A stretch of 64,000 nt of DNA, taken from an uncultured Gemmatimonadota bacterium (GTDB lineage Bacteria; Gemmatimonadota; Gemmatimonadetes; Palauibacterales; Palauibacteraceae). This document shows positions 38,624 to 48,372 of this stretch, piece by piece. A model generated the notes under the pieces. The model ran no database searches and was not told the origin of the DNA. It saw only the letters and a program-made list of their open reading frames with translations. Position numbers and translations under genes: made by a program. The stretch spans positions 32,634-96,633 of the forward strand of contig CAYZOT010000010.1 in the NCBI GenBank assembly GCA_964480515.1. The letters run 5' to 3'. Position 1 is the stretch's first letter. Every line of letters starts with the position of its first letter.

Positions 38624-38908
38624 CTAGAGGAGTGATCGGGCAAACCACGCTATCAATAGTATACCTACTACGCTCAAGAAGTTCGCGCGTAGGATTAGTG
38701 GACCGACTGTAAGTGCGATTACGTTGAGGTCCGCACTCACTGGTCCCAGTGACGTTTCTACACTGGTGATAAAGAACTGCTTAGCTGCCGATGCCGGCAA
38801 TGTCAGTGTCATGAGCTTAGTTAAAAGCGAACCGATAATAAAACCACAGACAACCACCAGGATATTACGTCGAACTGAACGCTCCGGCCTCCCTGCTAAA
38901 TCTGCCAC
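38624..38908 (-). CDS. Small membrane protein (possibly DUF4321-like).
   Basis: 94 aa with two hydrophobic segments. It abuts the end of the polyprenyl synthase gene. Function unknown. Confidence 0.35.
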   Translation of the reverse strand: MADLAGRPERSVRRNILVVVCGFIIGSLLTKLMTLTLPASAAKQFFITSVETSLGPVSADLNVIALTVGPLILRANFLSVVGILLIAWFARSLL

Positions 38909-39925
38909 CTAGTGCACCCTCTCCACCACATAATCGGCTGCTAGCTGAAGACTCACCAAATACTCGGTTTCAGGAATTCTGGCGAGGCATTCCCGCGCCA
39001 GTTCGGCGTGCCGTCTAGCTTCCTTACGTGCCACATCAATCCCCCCCGAATCTGACACAAGGTCGATCACAGCGCTTACATCTTCCACTGTTGGCGTCGG
39101 ATTGTTAAAAAGTTCCTGAATCGTACGCCGCTCACGGAGCTTTAAAATAGGGAGAGCTGCTATCAATGGCAGCGTCACTTTGTGTTCTTGAAGATCCTGC
39201 CCTCTTGGCTTTCCCGTCAACTCGGTCGGAGACAGGTAATCGAGGAGATCATCGACCATTTGAAACGCCATGCCTAGGTGATATCCGTAAACCCGTAATG
39301 CCTTACGATATTTGGGTGCCCCTGCCATAGCCCCAAGCTCGCAGGCGGCCGAAATTAGCGACGCTGTCTTACACTCACACAAACGATCGTAATCTTCCCG
39401 ATTGAAGTCCAAGCCTCCGTGAAGGACTAATTGCCGCATCTCTCCGATGGTCATCTTGTTGGCAGTATTTGCAAGAATCCCTATCGGTTCGAGCTCACCT
39501 AGAGCCGTAATCTCAATCACCGCGCGAGAATAAAGATAGTCACCTGCGATGATTGCAACCTGGTGCGTCCATCGTTCGTTAACGGTCGGCATACCACGGC
39601 GTTTGACAGAATGGTCAACCGCATCATCGTGCACGAGCGTAGCCACGTGAAGGAGTTCCACGATTGCGCCTAAAGTGACTGCATTTTCAGAGGGGTTCCC
39701 TTCAACACCATTCGCAAGTAGTAGGAGCGTAGGTCGGAATAGTTTTCCACTTCGAGAAAACAAATATCGTCCGACTTCGTCAAGTGATTCGAACCCAGAA
39801 GGTGCCATGTCTATCAGCTCGCGTTCTACCTCACAGAGCCGATTTTTGACGGGAAGGCGGACCGCTTCGAGGTCTACGGCGACGGTAGGGAGCATACTCT
39901 CCTCAGCGAGGTGGAAAACACGCAA
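38909..39925 (-). CDS. Polyprenyl diphosphate synthase (octa/heptaprenyl, IspB-like).
   Basis: LLHVATLVHDDAVDHS (first DDxxD) and a second Asp-rich motif. Confidence 0.8.
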   Translation of the reverse strand: MRVFHLAEESMLPTVAVDLEAVRLPVKNRLCEVERELIDMAPSGFESLDEVGRYLFSRSGKLFRPTLLLLANGVEGNPSENAVTLGAIVELLHVATLVHDDAVDHSVKRRGMPTVNERWTHQVAIIAGDYLYSRAVIEITALGELEPIGILANTANKMTIGEMRQLVLHGGLDFNREDYDRLCECKTASLISAACELGAMAGAPKYRKALRVYGYHLGMAFQMVDDLLDYLSPTELTGKPRGQDLQEHKVTLPLIAALPILKLRERRTIQELFNNPTPTVEDVSAVIDLVSDSGGIDVARKEARRHAELARECLARIPETEYLVSLQLAADYVVERVH

Positions 39926-40011
39926 AGAATCTCGGCGCCTATTAAGCGAAAGACAAGACTCTAGCCATACTCTGAGTTCGCTCGGGCTGACATCAGGGTA
40001 TTAAAACCTCT

Positions 40012-42867
40012 TTACCGATCCACAGTCTGCTGATCATAGTCAAACTTTAGATCAGGAGCGTCTCGGAGATTCACGCTCATTTGGAAGATGAAGTTTCCAT
40101 TAGGTGAGCGCGCAAATAGAAACGTTGCCATCCAGCGGTGCAAATCCCTATCCAAGGTAATAAGATGTTCCCCAAATTCTTTGTCCGAAAGGTTATAGCT
40201 CGTACGCCACGCAAGCCGCCAATTGGGGGTTGGGTTAAGGGCTAAAGTGGCGTTCAGCGACTGACGCTCAAGCGCTTGCTCCGATTCTCGACCTCTTTGG
40301 AGCGAATACGTTAAAGAGAGTGTCCAGGGCCCTCCAGCCCTCAAACCCGGATCCAGAGGATCCGCATTTTCATCGAAAGTCTGAAGCCTGTAGCGAGAGT
40401 CAGCGACTCCACGCAGTCGGTTCCTTGGATCGACCCGAGGTTGAGATCCACCACCGCCAAGACCCAATAATCCCCCCAACCCAGTCGCTGAGCTGAAAGT
40501 GAAACTTCCAGTGAGTTGTGAGAGAACGGGCGAAAATTGCCGTCCACTACCGACACCATCAAAGAGGTCAAGCGCAAAATTGAGCGAGAGGCCACGCAAA
40601 AGATCTGAGTTGACCCGATGGTTCCACCTGTCCGTCATCAGCACGGGTTCGTTCTTTTGTGAAAAATCAAACTGTAGCGGACTCGAATTAATACCCAAAA
40701 GCACAACGTTTCGTTGCTGCTGGGATCGCCTTGGTGCTCCATTTGGCTCACGTGACACTTGGCGCGGCGAATCAATCGCCAATGAGTCGGATAACGGGGT
40801 AGAAGCCGAGTCTGCAGTCGCTCCCGCAAGATTAAAATCAGCCAACGAATCTCGGACGATTGCTATGGAATCGCGATCAAACGGCCGGCCTTCGAGAAGC
40901 GCTTCAGCCTCCTCATCAAGGTCAACGTCTTCTCTGAGTTTCGCCTCCCACGTCTGATTGAGTGTAATACTCAATCGATTCTCTTCCCTCGCGTGCGAAA
41001 TCGGAAAATCTGGAATTGTGAGGAGAGATTCTTCGGCCTCTATTGCCGGCGAATAGGCATACGAGAACCGAGGAGAAATCTTGTGCCGGATACGTGTGAA
41101 AGGGCCAATGCCTGGGTAGAAACCGAACACATCTGTTGACAGATTGGCGCCGACTCTGAGTCGCATTGGTGCCGCCACGACTTCGTTTCCTGTGCCTTCC
41201 GAGCTAAATGTACTAGCCGACACGTTCACCGTTGGTCGAAACGTTGTGCTCCCAATCATATCTACCTGATAGTCAGCCGTTCCTCCATAATCGACACGCG
41301 TCTGTGAGGTTGAAGCAGGGTCTGCCCCAAGAGAATCAAATGGAGTTGTTAAGCGCCGATTGTAGTTCGCATTGCCGCTTACGCCGAACGATCCGATTCG
41401 AAGCCCTGCATTAGCACCACCTCTGTCATTCGTCACGTCATCATCTTCTTCCTCCGTTTGCATGAGCCGTGAGACGTTGAACCCTCCGTTAAGAACGACG
41501 TTGTTGAATGGACCAGCACGATTGCTAGGTGCCCTGAAAAGCGTGACCGGAGAAAACGTCATCTGAACGTTAGCGGGCGTAAAATCGACTCTGCCTCTCT
41601 GAGCGCCGAGGCTCTGTCTTCTATTAGCACTCACATTTAGTGAGGCAAATGAGAAGCGGTGCTGCAGACCTAAATCGGACGAAATACGCTGCGTCTGAAG
41701 CGTGGGATCAAAACTTTGCCTTTCGAACTCCCGCGTATTTGAAAGAAAAATAGCATTTACACGGAGACGCGTTACTGGCGTAATGTCGTGGCGGTGTCGG
41801 ACGCGAAACTCGAACGTCTTGGAGTCACCAAAACTGTAGCTTGCCATGATGTTTCCGTCGAAAAACTTCTTGACGGCCTTGTAGCGAAAAGCTGAGTTGA
41901 CACGCGTGAAACGACCACTGAACCAATCAACCGTGGTTTGAGTGTCCATAAACTCATTGATAGCAATGTAGTAGCCAAAATCTGTAATACTCCGGCTACG
42001 AGCGTTTGAGTTGGAAAAGATGTCAGTAATGCCAAACTTTGGAGGGAGGAACCCGCTCCGTCTCTCATCTCGGATGTCTTGCGCAAAAAATGGCAACCAC
42101 GCGATGGGGACATTGTGAATGTAGAGCGTTACCGGCCAAGCAACGACGATATCGTTCGACACCACCTTGAGTTGCCCAGCGCGAAAATAGTAGTGTGGCT
42201 CATCAAGTTCACAGGACGTGAAGTTTCCCTTTTCAACAAACACGGTTCCCGTGCCACGAGGAGTAGCGTCACCGCGGACAAACCACTCTGCACCCTGTTC
42301 TGAGAACGAAGTCCGAGCGTCCATAATCGTGCCTTTTTCCTGTGACACGTCGTAGATGACGGAGGAATCACTTGTGACATTCTGATTCTCGCCTTCAAGC
42401 GAAATATTACGATGCGCTCGAATGATCTGAAGCCCCGCCGAATAGGCAATGCTGTCTGCATCAAGCACGGAAACCGAATATCGAGCTTGTGCTTCCCGCC
42501 GTAGGCGAACGATCTCGTCTTTTACATCGAGTTCGACCTCCCGTCCACGATACTCGATAACCCGGAAACCTGGCATTTCCGCGAGCCGAGAAAAAAAGTT
42601 GTCCCGATCAGGAAATGGGATGCTATCCTGCTCAACATCAATCGTATCTACTGCAAGCGAGTCAACCTGGACCGGTCCCAACATGGAGTCTGCCTGAGTC
42701 GGTCCTGCAGTATGTGACGAAGTTGAGTCACGGGTGAGTGTATCCGAGCGTATTGGGAGAGAGACACTATCCGTATCAGCCGTCGCGAAGAACCGTATGT
42801 CGGCTAGGGCCCCTGATGCCGCACGCGCGGTTTCTGCCCCTCCTATCCCCCCAAGAAGAAAGGCCAT
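40012..42867 (-). CDS. lptD: LPS-assembly outer-membrane protein LptD.
   Basis: ~950 aa with a signal peptide. The motif DERRSGFLPP resembles E. coli LptD DKRRSGFLIP. Large beta-barrel C-terminus. Confidence 0.65.
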   Translation of the reverse strand: MAFLLGGIGGAETARAASGALADIRFFATADTDSVSLPIRSDTLTRDSTSSHTAGPTQADSMLGPVQVDSLAVDTIDVEQDSIPFPDRDNFFSRLAEMPGFRVIEYRGREVELDVKDEIVRLRREAQARYSVSVLDADSIAYSAGLQIIRAHRNISLEGENQNVTSDSSVIYDVSQEKGTIMDARTSFSEQGAEWFVRGDATPRGTGTVFVEKGNFTSCELDEPHYYFRAGQLKVVSNDIVVAWPVTLYIHNVPIAWLPFFAQDIRDERRSGFLPPKFGITDIFSNSNARSRSITDFGYYIAINEFMDTQTTVDWFSGRFTRVNSAFRYKAVKKFFDGNIMASYSFGDSKTFEFRVRHRHDITPVTRLRVNAIFLSNTREFERQSFDPTLQTQRISSDLGLQHRFSFASLNVSANRRQSLGAQRGRVDFTPANVQMTFSPVTLFRAPSNRAGPFNNVVLNGGFNVSRLMQTEEEDDDVTNDRGGANAGLRIGSFGVSGNANYNRRLTTPFDSLGADPASTSQTRVDYGGTADYQVDMIGSTTFRPTVNVSASTFSSEGTGNEVVAAPMRLRVGANLSTDVFGFYPGIGPFTRIRHKISPRFSYAYSPAIEAEESLLTIPDFPISHAREENRLSITLNQTWEAKLREDVDLDEEAEALLEGRPFDRDSIAIVRDSLADFNLAGATADSASTPLSDSLAIDSPRQVSREPNGAPRRSQQQRNVVLLGINSSPLQFDFSQKNEPVLMTDRWNHRVNSDLLRGLSLNFALDLFDGVGSGRQFSPVLSQLTGSFTFSSATGLGGLLGLGGGGSQPRVDPRNRLRGVADSRYRLQTFDENADPLDPGLRAGGPWTLSLTYSLQRGRESEQALERQSLNATLALNPTPNWRLAWRTSYNLSDKEFGEHLITLDRDLHRWMATFLFARSPNGNFIFQMSVNLRDAPDLKFDYDQQTVDR

Positions 42868-42896
42868 CGAAAGGGCCCTCCAAATGAGTTTGGTCC

Positions 42897-43703
42897 TCAG
42901 TCAGTGCTCCCTTCACTATGTATAATCTCAGTTCTCTCATTTCGTCGGCTACGAAGCACTTTGGCTATAACGATCGACAACTCATACAGCACGATCATCG
43001 GTGCCATCATGGCGAGCATTGTGTAGGGATCAGCCGGCGTCAAGAAGGCTGATACCACGGCCATGGCTACGATTGCATGTCGTCTATATTTGGACATTCC
43101 TTCCGGGGTAACGACACCTAAGAGCGACAAAAATACGAGAATGACGGGCATCTCAAAGATGAGGCCAAACGCAAGGATCAACTTGGTCGCAAAATTCAGA
43201 TACTCCCCAATCATGATCACAGGTGTCAGCTGTTCACTGTAGAAACCGAGGAGAATCTTGAGCCCGAACGGAAGAACGAAAAAATATGCCATCGCGACAC
43301 CAGCCAGGAATAGCAGGGTGCCCGCTGCAATCGATGGTACGAGAAAGCGTCGTTCATTTTCGTATAAGGCCGGCGCAAGAAAATGCCATGCCTGATACAG
43401 CAACATCGGGAAGGCTAAGATTAGCCCGACAATAAACCCTAACTTTAGTGTGATAAAGAAGGGTGTTACGGGGCTTGTAAAACTGAGACTCTCATTCGGA
43501 AGCAGATCGCGAATGGGAGCCTCGACAATCTCCAGAACATTGAATTCGGCGACGGAGATGAGTCCCAGCACAAGCCCAACCAGCAGCGCCAGCACAGACC
43601 ATATGAGTCGAGACCGAAGCTCCTCAAGATGATCCAGAAACGGCATTTCAGCCTGTGTACGACGACCCGTTGTGATACCCTGTTTCACCGGATCAGTCTC
43701 CAT
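42897..43703 (-). CDS. tatC: Twin-arginine translocase subunit TatC.
   Basis: Six-TM TatC topology and conserved N-terminal helix (FLDHLEELRSRL). Confidence 0.85.
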   Translation of the reverse strand: METDPVKQGITTGRRTQAEMPFLDHLEELRSRLIWSVLALLVGLVLGLISVAEFNVLEIVEAPIRDLLPNESLSFTSPVTPFFITLKLGFIVGLILAFPMLLYQAWHFLAPALYENERRFLVPSIAAGTLLFLAGVAMAYFFVLPFGLKILLGFYSEQLTPVIMIGEYLNFATKLILAFGLIFEMPVILVFLSLLGVVTPEGMSKYRRHAIVAMAVVSAFLTPADPYTMLAMMAPMIVLYELSIVIAKVLRSRRNERTEIIHSEGSTD

Positions 43704-44196
43704 TTGACGTGAACAAATCCACTTGCCCAGCCACTTTGTATCGCGCTCTTCGAACTAATTCACGCACCTCTTCCATAAACTCTGTTGTGTCCTGGAAGTT
43801 TCTATAGACGCTTGCAAACCGAACGTAGGCAACTTGATCGATATTACGTAACCGGTCCATCACGAATTCACCTAGAGTCAAACTGGGCACTTCGCGTGAA
43901 TCTAGCTCCTGAAGCGCTTCCTCGACTCCATCTACCAACGTTTCAATCTGGGAGTTCGAGACAGGTCGCTTGGCACAGGCGACCTGAATTGATGAAATGA
44001 GTTTGCCGCGATCGTACGGCTCGTTACCACCACTCTTCTTTTGAATAAGCAGAGGCTCTTCCTCAATCTGCTCATACGTCGTAAAGCGGTGGTCACAAGC
44101 GAGACATTCTCTTCGGCGACGGGTTGCACGGCCCCCTCGACTTGTGCGCGAGTCTACGACGCGATCTTCCGGGTGGTTACAAGAAGGGCACTGCAC
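43693..44196 (-). CDS. nrdR: Transcriptional repressor NrdR.
   Basis: MQCPSCNHPEDRVVDSRTS...RRRECLACDHRFTTYE zinc-ribbon plus ATP-cone. Confidence 0.9.
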   Translation of the reverse strand: MQCPSCNHPEDRVVDSRTSRGGRATRRRRECLACDHRFTTYEQIEEEPLLIQKKSGGNEPYDRGKLISSIQVACAKRPVSNSQIETLVDGVEEALQELDSREVPSLTLGEFVMDRLRNIDQVAYVRFASVYRNFQDTTEFMEEVRELVRRARYKVAGQVDLFTSNGD

Positions 44197-44233
44197 AGCG
44201 AGTCTAACCTTCCAGCATCAAACGCAGCGTACT

Positions 44234-44986
44234 CTAACCGCTGAGCTTTTCGAGCTCCTGGCGAGCCAGCATTGCTTCAGGACTGTTCGAGTAGCCGCTC
44301 GCAACTTGAGTGAAGAGCTGGCGAGCCAATGCCGTATTGCCACGCGCCGCCTCGATGACCCCTCTCCTGTACAAGGCAGCAGGCGCCCGGTTTGAATCTG
44401 GATAGAGTTCCGTAACACGCTGGTATTCGGCAAGAGCACTTCCCACATCCTCAGCATCTTCAAACGTCCGAGCGACGTAGTATTGCGCGTCTGGGGCCAA
44501 CTCATGATCCCGATTTTCGATCAGAAAGTTTCGGAATGCCCCACGCGCCGTTTCAAGATTGCCTCTGTTGTACATCTCAAGCGCCATGGCGTAAAACTGC
44601 GACGGCTCTTCGTTTCCTGCCGCTCTACTTGGCTCGGCATCTGCCATTGGTGCCCTTCTAGCAGCCGAACTGCGTGACACTTGTGCCTCGTAGAGATCGT
44701 TGAGCCTTTGGTTATTTTGCTCTGTAATCTCAAGCACTTGATCGAAAAGATCTTCGAGCCGACCCACACGCCGCTCGAATTCTCCGCGGCCAGTCGTTTC
44801 ACGACGGACCCCCGCAGCATCCAGACTATCAAGTCCGCCGCGAATCTGAGCGAGCAGTATCCGCTGCCCCGCTCGAATCTCCTCGAGATTCGTCTGAACG
44901 GAACTCCTCATCGCATCTACATCAGCTTTGGTCGCACAACCGGTGGCCGCCATGCTTAGCAACAAGGCAGCCACCGGCAACCGCAT
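44234..44986 (-). CDS. ybgF: Tol-Pal system protein YbgF/CpoB (coiled-coil plus TPR).
   Basis: Located downstream of pal. N-terminal lipoprotein-like signal (MRLPVAALLLSMAATGCA), a coiled-coil region and C-terminal TPRs. The start was trimmed from the ORF start at 45037 to the ATG at 44986. Confidence 0.6.
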   Translation of the reverse strand: MRLPVAALLLSMAATGCATKADVDAMRSSVQTNLEEIRAGQRILLAQIRGGLDSLDAAGVRRETTGRGEFERRVGRLEDLFDQVLEITEQNNQRLNDLYEAQVSRSSAARRAPMADAEPSRAAGNEEPSQFYAMALEMYNRGNLETARGAFRNFLIENRDHELAPDAQYYVARTFEDAEDVGSALAEYQRVTELYPDSNRAPAALYRRGVIEAARGNTALARQLFTQVASGYSNSPEAMLARQELEKLSG

Positions 44987-45633
44987 CAGATATCTCCTGC
45001 AGTAATAACGAATTCGCCGCGTCGATTCTGACGCCACGCGGATTCATTACTACCCCCGGACAGTGGACGGTCCTCACCAAAAGTGACGACATGGAACCGT
45101 GAAACATCGATACCAATGCTAGTTAGATAGTCTGACGCCGCCTGCGCCCTTCGCATCCCAAGCGCCTGGTTGTATTCCAGTGAACCGCGCTCGTCGCAAT
45201 GTCCCTCGATCGTAAGGCGCACATCTCCGTGCGCTCTAAGAGCATCAGCCTTACGCTGCAAGGTCGCTGCCGCCTCATCGGTGATCGTTGCGACATTGAA
45301 ATCGAAATGGACCCGCGCCGTGAGAGCATCAAGGGTATTTGCACGATCAATTATAGCAGGAGCTGACTCCGCACAGCTTGTGCCCGGATAATCCTGCAAG
45401 ACCCGCTCGAGTACTCGTCGAGCCCCTTGGTAGTCTCCCCTTTCCATTGCAACCGTTGCTCGATCGCAAAGTCGGCTGGCCGCCGCTTCTGCCCGCTCCG
45501 CACTGTCATCCACGACCGGAGGCGGTGCAGGTTCCGGTTCGGGTTGCACCGGTGCCGGTTCGGGATTTCCGCTACATGCAACCGCAAATAGCGGAAATAG
45601 CACCATGGCAGCCAATCGGTGGCTACGCTGCAT
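44986..45633 (-). CDS. pal: Peptidoglycan-associated lipoprotein Pal (OmpA C-terminal domain).
   Basis: Lipobox AVACSG and the OmpA-like motif RLTIEGHCDERGSLEYNQALGMRRAQAA. The start was trimmed from the ORF start at 45675 to the internal ATG at 45633. Confidence 0.8.
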   Translation of the reverse strand: MQRSHRLAAMVLFPLFAVACSGNPEPAPVQPEPEPAPPPVVDDSAERAEAAASRLCDRATVAMERGDYQGARRVLERVLQDYPGTSCAESAPAIIDRANTLDALTARVHFDFNVATITDEAAATLQRKADALRAHGDVRLTIEGHCDERGSLEYNQALGMRRAQAASDYLTSIGIDVSRFHVVTFGEDRPLSGGSNESAWRQNRRGEFVITAGDI

Positions 45634-45803
45634 TAGAATCTCCTTGTTGGCTATTCGAGAAGATCGACCTGGCAAATGTTCAGTACTAAACCAGAGAAAA
45701 GGGACCGCCCAGAGGCCCGTCCCACCCCATGCGCTAACCTACTCAACCCTGCTTCCGCCGCAAGCAACAAGCTTGGATTCAATATTTCCTCACCCACATC
45801 GAG

Positions 45804-47156
45804 TCAAGAACCTATCGGCAGTGAGGGCGACCAATCAGGCAGATAATCGAGTTGCCCCGATGTCAGCACACGGCTCCTCCCCGTCACAGTATCCAAAATC
45901 CATATCGTCCGTCCTCGCGCATCGACGGACTCAAAAACGAGATGGCGACCATCGGGCGCCCAACTTGGAGCCTCATTTTGCCCGCGTGACGTCAGCATAC
46001 GGCGATCTGTTCCGTCCGGGTTGACCGTGAATATCTGGAACGAACCCCTGTTCATCGCTGCGTAGACGATGCGACCACCATCTGGTGACCAATCGGGTCC
46101 AACTGCGTTCGTCCGTTCATTCCTTACGTACACACTAATTCGTCGCGGCTGACCCCCGGCAACGGGCTTAACATACACTTGCGGTTCACCCGTGGGGTCT
46201 GCTTCGAACGCAAATCTCCGACCATCTGGTGAGAAGGTTGGATTAAGCGCATCTCCCCGCGTATCCGTGATCTGGCCAACACCCTCTAGGATCACCTCGG
46301 CGCCAGGTCCAACCAGTTGTGCGTATGCTAGCCGTCCATCGGGGACGTAATTGGGTGTGAGGAGAAGCCTACTACTCGCAATTTCACGTTGGCTTCGCGT
46401 AATCCGATTCGTCTCCAACAACGTAAAATACCCTAGATCATCCTGGATCGTATACGCTATCCGAGAGCCGTCCGGAGAGAAAGCGGGTGAAAATACGTTA
46501 AACTCTTCAGTCGAGATTCGTTGAGCGTTCTCACCGTCACTATCGATGACCCAGAGAGCCCATGTTCCGTCGTTCGAGCCGCGACGAAAGGCAATCCGCG
46601 TTGCAGCGATTCCCTGCTCTCCATCTGTAGCCCACGAGACAATTTCGTCAGTCACTCGATGTATCGCCATCCGGAAGCCATCCGCGGCAAATTCCGGAAG
46701 ACTGAATGCCTGAACACTCTTAAGGGTTCCGTATACCACATCATGAAGGGCCACACGTAAAATCGGTGAATCCACGGGTCCAGACACATCTGATGTCACC
46801 AACCAGACAGCACCGAGTTGATTCCACAAGGGATAGTTTGGCGGTCCCTCCGAACGCAGCGAATCTGGTACAGAAATGATATCAAATCGATCTGACAAAT
46901 AGAGGTCTCGTCGGACAATCTCCTCAACTTCATCAGCAAATTCAGCCAGACTTGAATCTGCCATAATCGGCGAAACAACTAGTGCGGGTACATACCCTGG
47001 CTCATACAGAAGCCCAAGCCGCACCGCACCCGACTGGAAGTCCTGAGCCACCATGGGCGGTGAAGATACGACTGCCACGATCACGGCGAAAAGCGTTAAA
47101 CGCACCGGCTGAAGAACGGTAATCGACACCGACATGTGCTTCTTACACATCTTCAT
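45804..47156 (-). CDS. tolB: Tol-Pal system beta-propeller protein TolB.
   Basis: Repeated PxxSPDG(R/S) WD40-like blades and an N-terminal TolB domain. Confidence 0.85.
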   Translation of the reverse strand: MKMCKKHMSVSITVLQPVRLTLFAVIVAVVSSPPMVAQDFQSGAVRLGLLYEPGYVPALVVSPIMADSSLAEFADEVEEIVRRDLYLSDRFDIISVPDSLRSEGPPNYPLWNQLGAVWLVTSDVSGPVDSPILRVALHDVVYGTLKSVQAFSLPEFAADGFRMAIHRVTDEIVSWATDGEQGIAATRIAFRRGSNDGTWALWVIDSDGENAQRISTEEFNVFSPAFSPDGSRIAYTIQDDLGYFTLLETNRITRSQREIASSRLLLTPNYVPDGRLAYAQLVGPGAEVILEGVGQITDTRGDALNPTFSPDGRRFAFEADPTGEPQVYVKPVAGGQPRRISVYVRNERTNAVGPDWSPDGGRIVYAAMNRGSFQIFTVNPDGTDRRMLTSRGQNEAPSWAPDGRHLVFESVDARGRTIWILDTVTGRSRVLTSGQLDYLPDWSPSLPIGS

Positions 47157-47205
47157 CTGTCTCCCAGTTTGGGGCCGACTAAAACCGGTCGGTTAAATGT
47201 TTGGC

Positions 47206-47928
47206 TCAACGTGCATTTGGATCAAAATAAAAATTTACCCTCATCTGCTCCGCCGGAAACGCCTCTGGTAGCGGCCCAAACGCCTGATCACGAGCTGCTG
47301 ACTCAACAGCCCCATGACATAAAAGGTCGAATGTCGAACTTCTTGAATGGAGGACCCATTCGATATCCGACACACGCCCATCTCGGTGGATCGTGAACGC
47401 GATCTCTGCCCTAAGATCGAGAGCACCCGCTGGAGGTCGCCAATAACGTTGGATCTGGCGAATTATGTTTCGATTATAGGCTGGAAACAAAGAGTTGGCA
47501 CCATCGATTTGCACATTTACAGCTTCTTCACCGACTTCCTCGGTCCGGGCCGGTTCAGGCTCCGGCTCACGCTCTACCGGCACTTCAACTTCAACCGTTG
47601 GGCTTTCGGTTTGTGGACGCCGTTCGGGCGTCGGTTCCGGCGGCGGCGGACGATGTTCTTCCTCCGCCATTTCCGGTGGGGACGGATCGACACGAACCGG
47701 AGCATCTTCGGGTGCAGCTGCAACCATGCGGACACGAATCGTCTCAGGCATAGGAGGTGGTGACGGAGCCATAGTCGCAAGGCCCGCTAGAGCCACGAAA
47801 ACACCGTGGACCCCTAAGGATCCGAGCACCGCATGGCGGGGGGGCGGATCAGCACTTCTTTCGTTCCGGCGACCTCGGGGCATCACGGACCAATTAGTCT
47901 TGACCTCGGACGACTTACCTTCGTTCAC
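47206..47928 (-). CDS. tolA: TolA/TonB-family energy transducer (Pro-rich linker plus TonB-C domain).
   Basis: Single N-terminal TM segment, a Pro/Glu-rich spacer and a TonB C-terminal domain. Its position between tolR and tolB argues for TolA. Confidence 0.6.
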   Translation of the reverse strand: MNEGKSSEVKTNWSVMPRGRRNERSADPPPRHAVLGSLGVHGVFVALAGLATMAPSPPPMPETIRVRMVAAAPEDAPVRVDPSPPEMAEEEHRPPPPEPTPERRPQTESPTVEVEVPVEREPEPEPARTEEVGEEAVNVQIDGANSLFPAYNRNIIRQIQRYWRPPAGALDLRAEIAFTIHRDGRVSDIEWVLHSRSSTFDLLCHGAVESAARDQAFGPLPEAFPAEQMRVNFYFDPNAR

Positions 47929-48350
47929 GGACTGCGCCTACGCTCAGGGTTAGCAATTATATTCACCCCGCTGGCTCCAGACTCTTGGATTCTTCCCAAC
48001 ACTCGTACCACAATTTCAAACCGTAGGTCTGCATCCGCCTTGAGGAAAACTTCATCCGATTCATAGTTCTTAATCAACTGTTCAATAGTTGCATCAAACT
48101 CATCAAAGGTGACGGGGGCATCATCGACATAGAGTTGTTCATTTTCATCGATTGATACGACCAGTGCCTCAGATGAACTCAAGGGCCCTGCAGCTGCTTC
48201 CGGCACCTGAATCTCAATGCCGCCTTGAAGGATTGGCGCCGTAATCATAAAGATGATCAGAAGTGTGAACGCGACATCCACGAGGCTTGTCACATTGATC
48301 TCGGCGACAACACGGATGCCATCCTCTCCCTGCGTGAAACGGCGTCTCAT
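47925..48350 (-). CDS. tolR: TolR/ExbD biopolymer transport protein.
   Basis: INVTSLVDVAFTLLIIFM TM segment plus a periplasmic domain, ~140 aa. Confidence 0.75.
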   Translation of the reverse strand: MRRRFTQGEDGIRVVAEINVTSLVDVAFTLLIIFMITAPILQGGIEIQVPEAAAGPLSSSEALVVSIDENEQLYVDDAPVTFDEFDATIEQLIKNYESDEVFLKADADLRFEIVVRVLGRIQESGASGVNIIANPERRRSP

Positions 48351-48372
48351 GCAGGTACCTTACTTCGCCAGA

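Noticed and set aside
44226-44240. The minus-strand sequence GCTCAGCGGTTAGAG resembles a tRNA D-arm, suggesting a tRNA fragment or integration remnant upstream of nrdR.
   Set aside because: It translates in frame as the ybgF C-terminus (…EKLSG, then a TAG stop). No acceptor or anticodon stems can be folded around it.
47495-47953. A 152-aa Gly/Ser/Arg-rich plus-strand ORF that could be a novel low-complexity protein.
   Set aside because: It lies entirely antisense to the Pro/Glu-rich linker of tolA. Antisense of CCN/GAR-rich codons gives GGN/Ser/Arg codons with few stops, so this is a frame artefact.
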